This document shows, one piece after another, positions 9,557-18,554 of a stretch of 39,921 nt of DNA. Made by a program: the position numbers and the translations under genes. Under the pieces are notes generated by a model, which saw nothing but the letters and a program-made list of their open reading frames with translations, ran no database searches and was not told where the DNA came from. Positions within the stretch are counted from its first letter, which is position 1. Each line of letters opens with the position of its first letter. The DNA comes from Candidatus Omnitrophota bacterium (lineage in GTDB: Bacteria; Omnitrophota; Gorgyraeia; Gygaellales; Profunditerraquicolaceae), in assembly GCA_049517335.1 (NCBI GenBank), contig JBEKSD010000014.1, positions 1 through 39,921 on the forward strand, written 5' to 3'.

Positions 9557-10456
9557 ATGGAAGAAAATATTTTGCTGGCTACGGATTATAAGGATTTAAA
9601 ACTTTTCCGGAGGGGAAAAGTGCGAGATATTTATGATTTAGGGGATAAGTTTTTAATTGTCTCTACCGACAGGATATCCTGTTTTGACGTGGTTTTACCC
9701 GACGGTATCCCTCATAAAGGCGAAGTCCTCACCGGCCTGTCTTTATTCTGGTTTGATTTCCTTAAAGGAGTGGTTCCGCATCATCTCATCAGTTCTGATA
9801 TGAATAAGTACCCCGAAGAAGTTAAAAAACACAAGAAAGAACTACGGGGTCGCTCAATGCTGGTTTCAAAAACCAAACCGCTTCCGGTTGAATGCGTTGT
9901 AAGGGGGTATTTATCCGGTTCAGGATGGAAAGAATACAAAGAAAAGGAGTCTGTATGCGGGATTAAGTTGCCCGAGGGTTTAAAAGAATCCGATAAACTT
10001 CCGAGTATCATTTTTACCCCTTCCACTAAAGAAGATAAGGGCCACGATATTAACGTAGATCAGAAATACGTGGAAATGCAAATCGGCAAAGAACTCAGCG
10101 ATAAGATTTCCTACTTAAGTATAAAGATTTACAGCCTAGCCAGCGAATACGCCTTAAAAAAGGGGATTATTATTGCCGATACGAAATTTGAATTCGGCAT
10201 ATATAATAGCGAGTTAATCCTTATTGACGAAGTTTTAACCCCCGATTCTTCGCGTTTCTGGCCTAAAGAACATTACAGGCCGGGTCATGCCCAACCCAGT
10301 TTTGATAAGCAGTTTGTCAGAGATTATCTTGAGACTTTGGATTGGGATAAGAATCCTCCTGCGCCAAAGCTACCTGAAGATATTATCAGGAAAACCAGTG
10401 AAAAATACCTAGACGTTTATAAAAAACTGGTCGGCAAGGAGCTTAAACTTAAGTGA
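9557..10456 (+). CDS. purC: SAICAR synthetase
   Basis: [52 protein letters not shown]. Confidence 0.97.
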   Translation: MEENILLATDYKDLKLFRRGKVRDIYDLGDKFLIVSTDRISCFDVVLPDGIPHKGEVLTGLSLFWFDFLKGVVPHHLISSDMNKYPEEVKKHKKELRGRSMLVSKTKPLPVECVVRGYLSGSGWKEYKEKESVCGIKLPEGLKESDKLPSIIFTPSTKEDKGHDINVDQKYVEMQIGKELSDKISYLSIKIYSLASEYALKKGIIIADTKFEFGIYNSELILIDEVLTPDSSRFWPKEHYRPGHAQPSFDKQFVRDYLETLDWDKNPPAPKLPEDIIRKTSEKYLDVYKKLVGKELKLK

Positions 10457-11451
10457 AAAACCTAAAAAAGGTCTTAGGCTTTCTGTTGCGGGTCTGTATA
10501 AGCGTCATACTACTTGTCGTTTTGTTTTGTTTCAAGCAAGTCGACATACACGGTCTTATCTACGAGATAAGGAGTTCGGATAAAGCGCTTTTACTGCTGG
10601 CATTTTTCATTTTTTCTCTCACGTATTTCCTCGGTTTCTTAAGGTGGCAGATGTTGCTTAGAGCTGTTAAAGTGAATCTACCTCTGAAAAGAGTAATTAC
10701 ATCCTGCGCCGGAGGTCTCTTTTTTAGTTTATTTCTTCCTTCAACTGTGGGAGGAGACGTAGCGCGCAGCATTGATTTAGCTCGGTACACCCAGAAACCA
10801 AAAGAAATAGTCGCCACTGTTTTACTGGATCGTCTGAGCGGCTACGTTGGTTTGGTTATCGTGATATTATTTGCCGTATTAGCGGGCTGGAAAATGATAG
10901 GTGGGGATATTGTGGTTTTAATCAGCGTAGGTTTGATTACTGGGATACTGGTTGTTGCGTTGTTTATCCTGTTCAACAAATTTCTATACCGCCAGATTAA
11001 TAAAATACTGCATCTGCCTAATGCCGGAAAAATCCGTACGACGCTAAAGAGACTTTTTTACGAAATTCATTATTTCCGCGAGCATAAAAAAGTTCTATTT
11101 TACAATATCCTTATTTCTGTTTTAATTCAGGTTTTAAGCCCGGTGGTTTTTTATATCCTTGCTTTGGCGATTGGCATGCCTGCGACAAACCCCGTTTATT
11201 TTTTTATTTTTGTCCCTATTATCGGCGCGATAACCCTTTTGCCCATATCTCTGGGAGGATTCGGATTGCGCGAGAATACAGCAGTCATTTTTTTCGCTAA
11301 AGCAGGCGTAGCTGGGAATTCCGCAGCAGCCATGGGTTTCTTAAATTCTATTTTTATCCTTATTTCCGGAATTATGGGAGGGATAATCTATGTCCTTACA
11401 GTACGTCATAGACGGGCACAACATCACCAAACACAGGGTATTCAGCCGTAA
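10453..11451 (+). CDS. Lysylphosphatidylglycerol-synthase TM domain / UPF0104 flippase-like membrane protein
   Basis: Multi-TM protein with [36 protein letters not shown]; GTG start overlapping the purC stop. Confidence 0.88.
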   Translation: MKNLKKVLGFLLRVCISVILLVVLFCFKQVDIHGLIYEIRSSDKALLLLAFFIFSLTYFLGFLRWQMLLRAVKVNLPLKRVITSCAGGLFFSLFLPSTVGGDVARSIDLARYTQKPKEIVATVLLDRLSGYVGLVIVILFAVLAGWKMIGGDIVVLISVGLITGILVVALFILFNKFLYRQINKILHLPNAGKIRTTLKRLFYEIHYFREHKKVLFYNILISVLIQVLSPVVFYILALAIGMPATNPVYFFIFVPIIGAITLLPISLGGFGLRENTAVIFFAKAGVAGNSAAAMGFLNSIFILISGIMGGIIYVLTVRHRRAQHHQTQGIQP

Positions 11452-11860
11452 CATTAAAGCCTGCCCTAGCTTGAGGAGCGCGCTGCTGCCTTTCATAAAG
11501 AATAAACACCTTACCGGAAGCCCGAAAAATAGCATTAAAATTATTTTTGACGGTTACCCCGATACTTCTTTAGAGGGTAATGATGAAGTTGTTTTTTCCG
11601 GAGATATTTCAGCAGATGAGAAAATCATTAAACTGCTTGAAAAGTCCGGGCGGCGCAAAGATACAATTGTTGTTTCCGATGACAGAGAACTGAGGTTTTT
11701 AGCCCGTTCTTTGGGAGTTAAAGTCTTGGGGGTTGAGGATTTTATTTCGCCTGCAGAAAAGGCGCCTAGGAGAAAAAGAGAAGAAGCAGAACTAGAGCTC
11801 ACCTTTACACAAAAACACGTTATAAATCAAGAACTAAAAAGAATCTGGCTAAAAGAGTAA
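11390..11860 (+). CDS. NYN-domain (YacP/Rae1-like PIN fold) protein
   Basis: Acidic motifs VIDGHN, IIFDG, SADEKI, VVSDDRE; SD GGAGG upstream of ATG 11390. Confidence 0.82.
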   Translation: MSLQYVIDGHNITKHRVFSRNIKACPSLRSALLPFIKNKHLTGSPKNSIKIIFDGYPDTSLEGNDEVVFSGDISADEKIIKLLEKSGRRKDTIVVSDDRELRFLARSLGVKVLGVEDFISPAEKAPRRKREEAELELTFTQKHVINQELKRIWLKE

Positions 11861-11878
11861 ACGGTGTTGTAAAAATTC

Positions 11879-11907
11879 TTGACATAACTCTCTATTTATG
11901 ATAATGT
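11879..11907 (+). promoter_or_regulatory. Sigma70-type promoter
   Basis: TTGACA (11879-11884), 17 bp spacer, TAATGT (11902-11907), extended -10 TG. Confidence 0.7.
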
Positions 11908-11972
11908 TAGAGGAAATAAGGTACCCTTAGCAGAGGTTGTTAGGGGAGTGACTAATCTATAAGGAGGTGCGA

Positions 11973-12650
11973 ATGAGCAGTTGGCAAGTAGTCTTATTGG
12001 AACCGGCTAGGACAGTTTTAGGTCAGATTGGTCAGTTTTTGGTTAGTATTTTGCTCGTGCTTATTATCCTCATTGTGGGCTGGCTCATCTCTAAAGCTAT
12101 CAGAGCCATCGTAACTAAGGGTCTGCGGGCAATTAAGCTTGATGAACTCTCTGACCGTATTGAGTTGGATGCCGTGCTCGAAAAAGGCGGAATTACTTAT
12201 TCGCTTTCAGAACTATTGGGGGTAATTTGCTATTGGTTAGCGCTCCTGGTTACCTTTATGGTGGCGGTTAATTCTATCGGCCTGACCATAGCCGCGGAAC
12301 TACTGAATAAGATAGTCCTGTACATACCCAACATAATTGCCGCGATATTTATCCTGATTCTGGGTATGTTTATCGCAACATTGTTAAAGAATATAATCCA
12401 GACTGCAGCTAGCAACGCCGGTGTTTCGCAGGTAAAGTTATTAAGTAAAGCCGTTGAGGTCATTGTAATGGTATTTGCCATATTCGTAGCTTTAGAACAG
12501 TTAAATATAGGAATACGCATTACCGAATTGACCTTAAGCATAGTATTGGGCACCGTCGGCTTAGCCCTTGCGTTAGCTTTTGGTTTAGGGTGTAAAGATA
12601 TTGCCGGAAAATATGCCGCTGAGCTGATTGACAAGCTGAAAAAGAAATAA
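11973..12650 (+). CDS. CmpX-like / mechanosensitive-channel TM-helix repeat membrane protein
   Basis: SD AAGGAGG then ATG 11973; repeated TM helices (YIPNIIAAIFILILG), C-terminal LALAFGLGCKD; no soluble MscS domain. Confidence 0.8.
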   Translation: MSSWQVVLLEPARTVLGQIGQFLVSILLVLIILIVGWLISKAIRAIVTKGLRAIKLDELSDRIELDAVLEKGGITYSLSELLGVICYWLALLVTFMVAVNSIGLTIAAELLNKIVLYIPNIIAAIFILILGMFIATLLKNIIQTAASNAGVSQVKLLSKAVEVIVMVFAIFVALEQLNIGIRITELTLSIVLGTVGLALALAFGLGCKDIAGKYAAELIDKLKKK

Positions 12651-12671
12651 TGTTTTTGTGAATCTAAAGCC

Positions 12672-12715
12672 AACAGCCCCGCACTTTCCTTAGTGAAGGT
12701 GCGGGGTGTTTTATT
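12672..12715 (+). repeat. GC-rich palindromic hairpin (terminator or REP-like element)
   Basis: CCCCGCACTTTC-cttagt-GAAGGTGCGGGG (12677-12706, one G-U pair), flanked by AACA/TGTT, then TTATT. Confidence 0.65.
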
Positions 12716-12723
12716 CATTCACG

Positions 12724-14448
12724 ATGAAAATCTTGAGAGTTTGTTTAGCCCAGATTAATCCTACCGTAGGGGATATCCCGGGAAATTCAAAGAAGATAAT
12801 CGCCTTTATTGAAGAAGCGAGGACCCGGCAGGCTGATATTGTCGTATTCCCAGAGTTGAGCCTTTCAGGGTATCCCCCTGAAGATTTATTGCTCAAGCCC
12901 CATTTCATAAAAGATAACGAAAATGCAATTAGGAGGATCGCTAAAGCCTCCAAGTTAATCTTTTCAATTGTAGGATACCCTTGTTTAGATAGAGACAAGC
13001 TCTGTAACGCCGCCGCCCTTATTTATAACAGCAGACTTGTAGATATCTACAGAAAAGTTTTTCTTCCAAATTACGGAGTTTTTGACGAAAAGAGGTATTT
13101 TTCTCAGGGGAAAATTTGTAATATTGTCGCATTCGGCAAGAAAGTAAAGATCGGTGTTAATATTTGCGAGGATATCTGGCATGCGGACGGCCCGCAGCGC
13201 ACGCAGGTCTTATTGGGAGGAGCAAAGGTACTAATTAATATATCCGCTTCACCGTATCATACAAAAAAAATAGAAGAGCGGGAAGAAGCGTTAAAGAAAA
13301 GGGCTAAAGAAAATAATGCCTACATATTCTATTGTAATTTAGCCGGCGGCCAGGATGAGCTGATTTTTGACGGTGGAAGCCTTGTTTTTGATGATAAAGG
13401 TAAGTTATTAGCCAGAGGGAAACAATTTGAGGAAGACTTGATTTGCGTTGATTTAAATTTAGCTGATTTAAGGCCGCCTGTCACCTTAAAAAGGAAGGTT
13501 CACTTCTGTTTGCCTGCTGCAAGCCTTAGGTTTAAATTTTTACCTGAGGTGAAAGAAAAAGAATGGACTTCAACTGAAAATAGAATTGAAAAGAAGCTGG
13601 AATTTTTGGATGAAATTTATTCAGCCCTGCTCTTAGGGATAAAAGATTATGTCCTAAAGAACAATTTTAGGAAAGTTGTTTTAGGCTTAAGCGGAGGTAT
13701 TGATTCCGCCCTTACCGCAGTATTGGCAGTGGATGCGTTGGGTAGTAATAATGTAGTTGTTTTAAGTATGCCTTCAAAATTTTCTGCCCCTGAAACCAGA
13801 AAAGACGCAAGGGTTATCGCCAAGCAGCTGGGTATCAAACTTATAACTGTGCCTATTGAAAGTATATATAAAGAATACCTGTCTTCCTTAAGGGGCCATT
13901 TTAGAGATTATAAACTTAATACCACTGAAGAAAACATACAAGCACGCATCAGGGGTAATCTGTTAATGGCTTTTTCCAATAAGTTCGGCTGGCTAGTTTT
14001 GACTACTGGTAATAAAAGCGAAATCAGCACGGGTTATTGCACGCTTTACGGAGATATGGCCGGAGGGTTTTCAGTTTTAAAAGATGTGCCTAAGGGTTTA
14101 GTTTATGATTTGTCGTGTTTTAGGAATAAGTGCGGCAAAAAGGAAATGATTCCCGAAAGCGTAATTAATCGTGCCCCCACAGCAGAGCTTAAGAGGAATC
14201 AAAAAGATCAGGATACTTTGCCGCCTTATCCGCTCCTGGATAAGATTATTGACCTCTACATAGAAAAAGACATGAGCCTTGAAAGAATAGTTAAAAGAGG
14301 TATTGACAGGAGTATTGCAGTTAAAGTTATTTCTATGATAGACAGGAATGAATATAAACGCCGTCAGGCGTCCCCAGGCGTAAAAATCACCCCCAAGGCG
14401 TTCGGAAAAGACAGACGAATGCCTATAACCAATCTTTTTTCCGGATAA
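12724..14448 (+). CDS. nadE: Glutamine-dependent NAD+ synthetase
   Basis: Nitrilase domain (FPEL, YRKVFLPNYGVFDEKRYF, ICEDIW) plus synthetase domain (GLSGGIDS, ENIQARIRG, TGNKSE, EYKRRQ); start taken at ATG 12724. Confidence 0.96.
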   Translation: MKILRVCLAQINPTVGDIPGNSKKIIAFIEEARTRQADIVVFPELSLSGYPPEDLLLKPHFIKDNENAIRRIAKASKLIFSIVGYPCLDRDKLCNAAALIYNSRLVDIYRKVFLPNYGVFDEKRYFSQGKICNIVAFGKKVKIGVNICEDIWHADGPQRTQVLLGGAKVLINISASPYHTKKIEEREEALKKRAKENNAYIFYCNLAGGQDELIFDGGSLVFDDKGKLLARGKQFEEDLICVDLNLADLRPPVTLKRKVHFCLPAASLRFKFLPEVKEKEWTSTENRIEKKLEFLDEIYSALLLGIKDYVLKNNFRKVVLGLSGGIDSALTAVLAVDALGSNNVVVLSMPSKFSAPETRKDARVIAKQLGIKLITVPIESIYKEYLSSLRGHFRDYKLNTTEENIQARIRGNLLMAFSNKFGWLVLTTGNKSEISTGYCTLYGDMAGGFSVLKDVPKGLVYDLSCFRNKCGKKEMIPESVINRAPTAELKRNQKDQDTLPPYPLLDKIIDLYIEKDMSLERIVKRGIDRSIAVKVISMIDRNEYKRRQASPGVKITPKAFGKDRRMPITNLFSG

Positions 14449-14450
14449 TA

Positions 14451-16514
14451 ATGACATATACTTGTCCAATGCACCCTGAAGTTGAGCAGGATAGCTTCGG
14501 TGACTGCCCAAAATGCGGCATGCACCTTGAGCCAAGGGCAGTTTCTGTTGAATCAGGCGGCGAAGATATGGTAGCGCAGGATTTGACGCATAAGTTCCTG
14601 ATTGCTTTGATATTTTCCGTGCCTGTTATCTTCCTTGCCACAAAAGACATGTTAGGATGGTTACAACTTATCCTCGCTACACCGGTCGTCTTATGGGCAG
14701 GAAATATTTTCTTCGTAAAAGCATGGAAGTCATTTTTGAATAAGAGCCCCAATATGTTCACTTTGATTGCGATGGGGGTAGCTGCAGCTTATGGCTTTAG
14801 CGCAATAGCCGTCCTTTTCCCCGGAATCTTCTCGGAAACCATAAGGCGGCCCGGATTATATTTTGAAACAGCCAGCGTTATTACAACCCTTGTGCTTATG
14901 GGGCAGGTCATTGAAGCAAAAGCACGCAACAATACAGGTAAGGCAATCAAAGCGTTATTCGGCCTTGCCGCTAAAGAAGCCCACCGCATCCGCAATGGCG
15001 AGGAAGAAGCCGTTCCCGTTGATAATATTCAAACAGGCGATTTACTGCGGGTCAGGCCCGGAGAAAAAGTTCCCGTAGATGGCATCATCATTGAAGGTAA
15101 AAGCAGCATAGACGAATCAATGATTTCCGGAGAAGCTATTCCGGTTGACAGAAAAGAAGGAGAGAGTGTTATCGGCGCAACCATTAATCAGGCAGGCGCC
15201 TTTGTGATGCGGGCGGAAAAAGTCGGCTCTGAAACTTTTCTTGCCCGAATAGTAAAAATGGTAGCTGGTGCTCAGCGCAGCCGGGCCCCGATTCAAAAAC
15301 TTGCCGACAGGGTTTCCGGTTATTTTGTCCCTAGTGTTGTGGCCTGCGCAGTAGCCGCTTTTATTTTTTGGTCCGTATTCGCCCCTGCTCACACTTTAGC
15401 CTATGCCTTGGTAAGCGCTATATCGGTATTGATTATTGCTTGTCCCTGCGCTTTAGGCCTTGCCACGCCGATGTCAATTATGGTGGGTATAGGCAAGGGA
15501 GCTCAGTCGGGTATTTTGATAAAAAATGCAGAGGTGATTGAACGGTCTGAAAAAATCACCCATCTTTTGATAGACAAAACAGGAACATTAACTGCCGGTA
15601 AGCCGGAGGTAACCGATATGCTGGTAATAAACAGCAAGGAAGAGCGGGCATTGCTGGATATTACAGCTTCCATAGAGCAAAACAGCGAGCATCCCTTAGC
15701 GCGCGCATTGGTTGATTACGCAAAAAATAAAGGTGCAGGATTTTTACCAACGAAGGATTTTCATTCTATAGCAGGTGAAGGCGTTCAGGGTAATGTCAAT
15801 GGAAAACCAGTTTTACTTGGAAAACAGAAATTTATTGAAAATGCCGGAATTAACATTTCCTCGGAGCTAAAGAGTAAAGCTGATGAACTTCAGGATAAAA
15901 CCCGGACAGTTATCTGGTTGGCAGTGGAGAAAGAAATAGCGGGAATTTTCGGTATATCGGACCCTATAAAAAAGACAACCCCCGATGCTATCTGTACTTT
16001 ACATAAAATGGGGCTTAAGATTATTATGCTTACGGGTGACAATGAAAAAACTGCGCGCTCAATCGCCGGGGAATTAGGCATTGAAGAGGTTTATGCCGGA
16101 CTTGAGCCAAAGAGTAAGCAAGAAATTGTAAAAAAGATAAAGGATAGTGGGGTGAATGTGATGGTAGCCGGTGACGGCATCAACGATGCTCCAGCATTGG
16201 CAGAAGCCCAAGTCGGCGTTGCTATGGCTACGGGAACGGACGTGGCTATTGAGAGTGCGGGAATTACTCTGGTTAAAGGCGACCTTAACGGGATTGTCAA
16301 AGCACTGCGCCTTAGCCGGGCGGTTATGCGCAACATCCGACAAAACCTCTTTTTCGCTTTTATTTACAACGCGCTAGGTATCCCTATTGCTGCCGGCATA
16401 CTTTATCCATTCACAGGCCTATTTTTAAACCCGATGATTGCAGGTGCAGCTATGAGTTTCAGTTCGGTCTCGGTAATCGGAAATTCCCTCAGGTTGCGTA
16501 ATCTGAAGCTGTAG
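14451..16514 (+). CDS. copA: Copper-translocating P1B-type ATPase
   Basis: N-terminal YTCPMHP...CPKCGM metal-binding domain, ACPCALGLATP, DKTGT, SEHP, GDGINDAP, IYN and MSFSS Cu(I) ligands. Confidence 0.93.
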   Translation: MTYTCPMHPEVEQDSFGDCPKCGMHLEPRAVSVESGGEDMVAQDLTHKFLIALIFSVPVIFLATKDMLGWLQLILATPVVLWAGNIFFVKAWKSFLNKSPNMFTLIAMGVAAAYGFSAIAVLFPGIFSETIRRPGLYFETASVITTLVLMGQVIEAKARNNTGKAIKALFGLAAKEAHRIRNGEEEAVPVDNIQTGDLLRVRPGEKVPVDGIIIEGKSSIDESMISGEAIPVDRKEGESVIGATINQAGAFVMRAEKVGSETFLARIVKMVAGAQRSRAPIQKLADRVSGYFVPSVVACAVAAFIFWSVFAPAHTLAYALVSAISVLIIACPCALGLATPMSIMVGIGKGAQSGILIKNAEVIERSEKITHLLIDKTGTLTAGKPEVTDMLVINSKEERALLDITASIEQNSEHPLARALVDYAKNKGAGFLPTKDFHSIAGEGVQGNVNGKPVLLGKQKFIENAGINISSELKSKADELQDKTRTVIWLAVEKEIAGIFGISDPIKKTTPDAICTLHKMGLKIIMLTGDNEKTARSIAGELGIEEVYAGLEPKSKQEIVKKIKDSGVNVMVAGDGINDAPALAEAQVGVAMATGTDVAIESAGITLVKGDLNGIVKALRLSRAVMRNIRQNLFFAFIYNALGIPIAAGILYPFTGLFLNPMIAGAAMSFSSVSVIGNSLRLRNLKL

Positions 16515-16590
16515 AATTATGGGCGTATATAACTTTAAAAAATAAAGCAAGGCAGGCTTTTCATTCAATATAAAAACACCTTAATAAGAA

Positions 16591-17778
16591 ATGACACTGA
16601 AAAAGCACATCAGCAATAAAAAAATCTACATCCGGACTTTTGGATGCCAAATGAATATGCGCGATTCCGAAATTGTCCGCGGGCTGCTTGAGAAGGAGGG
16701 ACATAAGTTTACCGATGATAGTAGGAAGGCAGATGTAATTATTATAAATACCTGTGCAGTGCGGCAGCATGCGGAAGATAGGGTTTGGAGCGAGATAGGC
16801 AGCTATACTAAATTCTCTCCGAAGGGGAGGACAGTCCCCATAATCGGCTTAATCGGGTGTATGGCGCAGAGCCATAAAGAAAATGCATTTGACAGGGCGC
16901 CGGTCTTAAGCTTCGTGATTGGGCCGGGAGATATCGCTAAGATTCCGAATATTATAAAGATGCTTTTAGAAGACCGGAGACAGTCCCCAAAAAGTGGAGA
17001 CAATCTTCAAGCTTTATATGAAAGAAGAATCTGGGAAACGGATAATAATGGCCGGCCTGAAGAAATTTACCATACAGATTTTTATCAGGATAAAAAACAT
17101 GCCAATGTGGTTATCTCCGAAGGTTGCTCGAACTTTTGTTCCTATTGCGTTGTTCCTTTTGTGCGCGGAAGTATACGACACCGTAAACATGAAGATATTT
17201 TAGACGAAATAAACCGGGCGTTAGCCGAGGGTATTACCAAAATCACACTGCTTGGCCAGAATGTAAACGCTTATGTTGACGGCTCCGTGAATTTTACCAA
17301 GTTACTTGAACTGGTCAATTCAGTCAAAGGTTTGAAAGAGTTTACCTTTATGACTAGCCATCCCAAGGATACTTCCGCAGAACTTTTTAAGGCAATAGCA
17401 AACTTGGATAAGCTGAAGAAATTTCTACATCTTCCGCTTCAATCAGGTTCAAACAGAATATTGAAACTGATGAATCGACATTATACCGGGGAATCATATC
17501 TGAATTTAATTAAAGAGTACCGGAAAACGGTTAAAAATGGTATATTAACTACGGATATAATAGTGGGTTTTCCCACTGAAACCGATGGTGATTTTAACGA
17601 TACATTTAAGCTTTTCAAAAAAATAGAATTTGCCGGCGCGTATTTATTTAAATATTCACCCCGACCATATACGGTAGCAGCCAAAATGCCCGATGATGTG
17701 GCGCGTGAGGAGAAAGAAAAAAGGCACAAGATATTATTGGAAATACAGAGGAAAAATTCAAAAAAATACAGATGGTAA
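16591..17778 (+). CDS. miaB: tRNA methylthiotransferase MiaB (no C-terminal TRAM domain)
   Basis: TFGCQMN, NTCAVR, GCMAQ, radical SAM CSNFCSYC, HLPLQSGS, DIIVGFP, YSPRP; located near miaA. Confidence 0.88.
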   Translation: MTLKKHISNKKIYIRTFGCQMNMRDSEIVRGLLEKEGHKFTDDSRKADVIIINTCAVRQHAEDRVWSEIGSYTKFSPKGRTVPIIGLIGCMAQSHKENAFDRAPVLSFVIGPGDIAKIPNIIKMLLEDRRQSPKSGDNLQALYERRIWETDNNGRPEEIYHTDFYQDKKHANVVISEGCSNFCSYCVVPFVRGSIRHRKHEDILDEINRALAEGITKITLLGQNVNAYVDGSVNFTKLLELVNSVKGLKEFTFMTSHPKDTSAELFKAIANLDKLKKFLHLPLQSGSNRILKLMNRHYTGESYLNLIKEYRKTVKNGILTTDIIVGFPTETDGDFNDTFKLFKKIEFAGAYLFKYSPRPYTVAAKMPDDVAREEKEKRHKILLEIQRKNSKKYRW

Positions 17779-18554
17779 AACGTAAATTAATATTATTCTT
17801 AATTATTGTCCTTGTAAATTTCTTTTTTACTTTCTCTTTTGCGCAAGAGATTGACAGGCTCAAGGCTTGTTTTCTAGAAGGCGATTACCATTGCGCTATA
17901 ATTGAGGGCGAAAAAGCCCTAGGCAATAATATAGATAAACAGCATTCCGATGAGTTGTATTATTTTTTGGGACTAAGTTATTTAAAAGAAGGAAATTATT
18001 TACGGGCTTCCGATATATTTGCGATCGTAATCAACGAATTTAAGCAGAGCCCTTTTAAGGATGACTCTGCGCTTGGGCTGGGAGATACTTATTTTTTACA
18101 GGGAGATTGGGATAAAGCCGGTAATTATTATTCAGACCTCTTAAAAAATAACCCGCACATTAAACTAAAAGCCCAGCTTTACTTTCGTTTAAGCAAGATA
18201 GCTTTTAAAAAAGGCGATACTGCTTCAGGTAAGGCCTACGCGGATAAACTGGCTTTAGAGTTTCCTTTAAGCCCGGAGGCCCTTGTGAATAATGATATTT
18301 TCCTCCAAGCGGCAAAGACGACAGGTGTGTTCTATTCAGTGCAGGTCGGTTCATTTTCCAGCAGCGCTAATGCTGGTAATCTCAGTTCCATTTTAAACAA
18401 GAAAGGATACTCTGCTTTTGTTGAAGAAGGCCCATCTAAGGGTAATGACAAGATTTACCGCGTTAAAGTCGGCAAGTTCAGCAAGAGGCAAGAGGCAATC
18501 ATAATTAATGACAAGCTTATCCAAGAAGGTTATCCCACAAGAATCACTCCGTAA
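17772..18554 (+). CDS. Exported TPR-repeat + SPOR-domain protein
   Basis: Signal peptide (MVKRK, hydrophobic stretch, SFA|QE), TPR helices (YYFLGLSY, LGLGDTYF), C-terminal SPOR (YSVQVGSFS...YRVKVGKF). Confidence 0.88.
   Translation: MVKRKLILFLIIVLVNFFFTFSFAQEIDRLKACFLEGDYHCAIIEGEKALGNNIDKQHSDELYYFLGLSYLKEGNYLRASDIFAIVINEFKQSPFKDDSALGLGDTYFLQGDWDKAGNYYSDLLKNNPHIKLKAQLYFRLSKIAFKKGDTASGKAYADKLALEFPLSPEALVNNDIFLQAAKTTGVFYSVQVGSFSSSANAGNLSSILNKKGYSAFVEEGPSKGNDKIYRVKVGKFSKRQEAIIINDKLIQEGYPTRITP

Noticed and set aside
16519-16545. Tiny ORF MGVYNFKK after copA
   Set aside because: No SD, 8 codons, no recognisable leader-peptide features.
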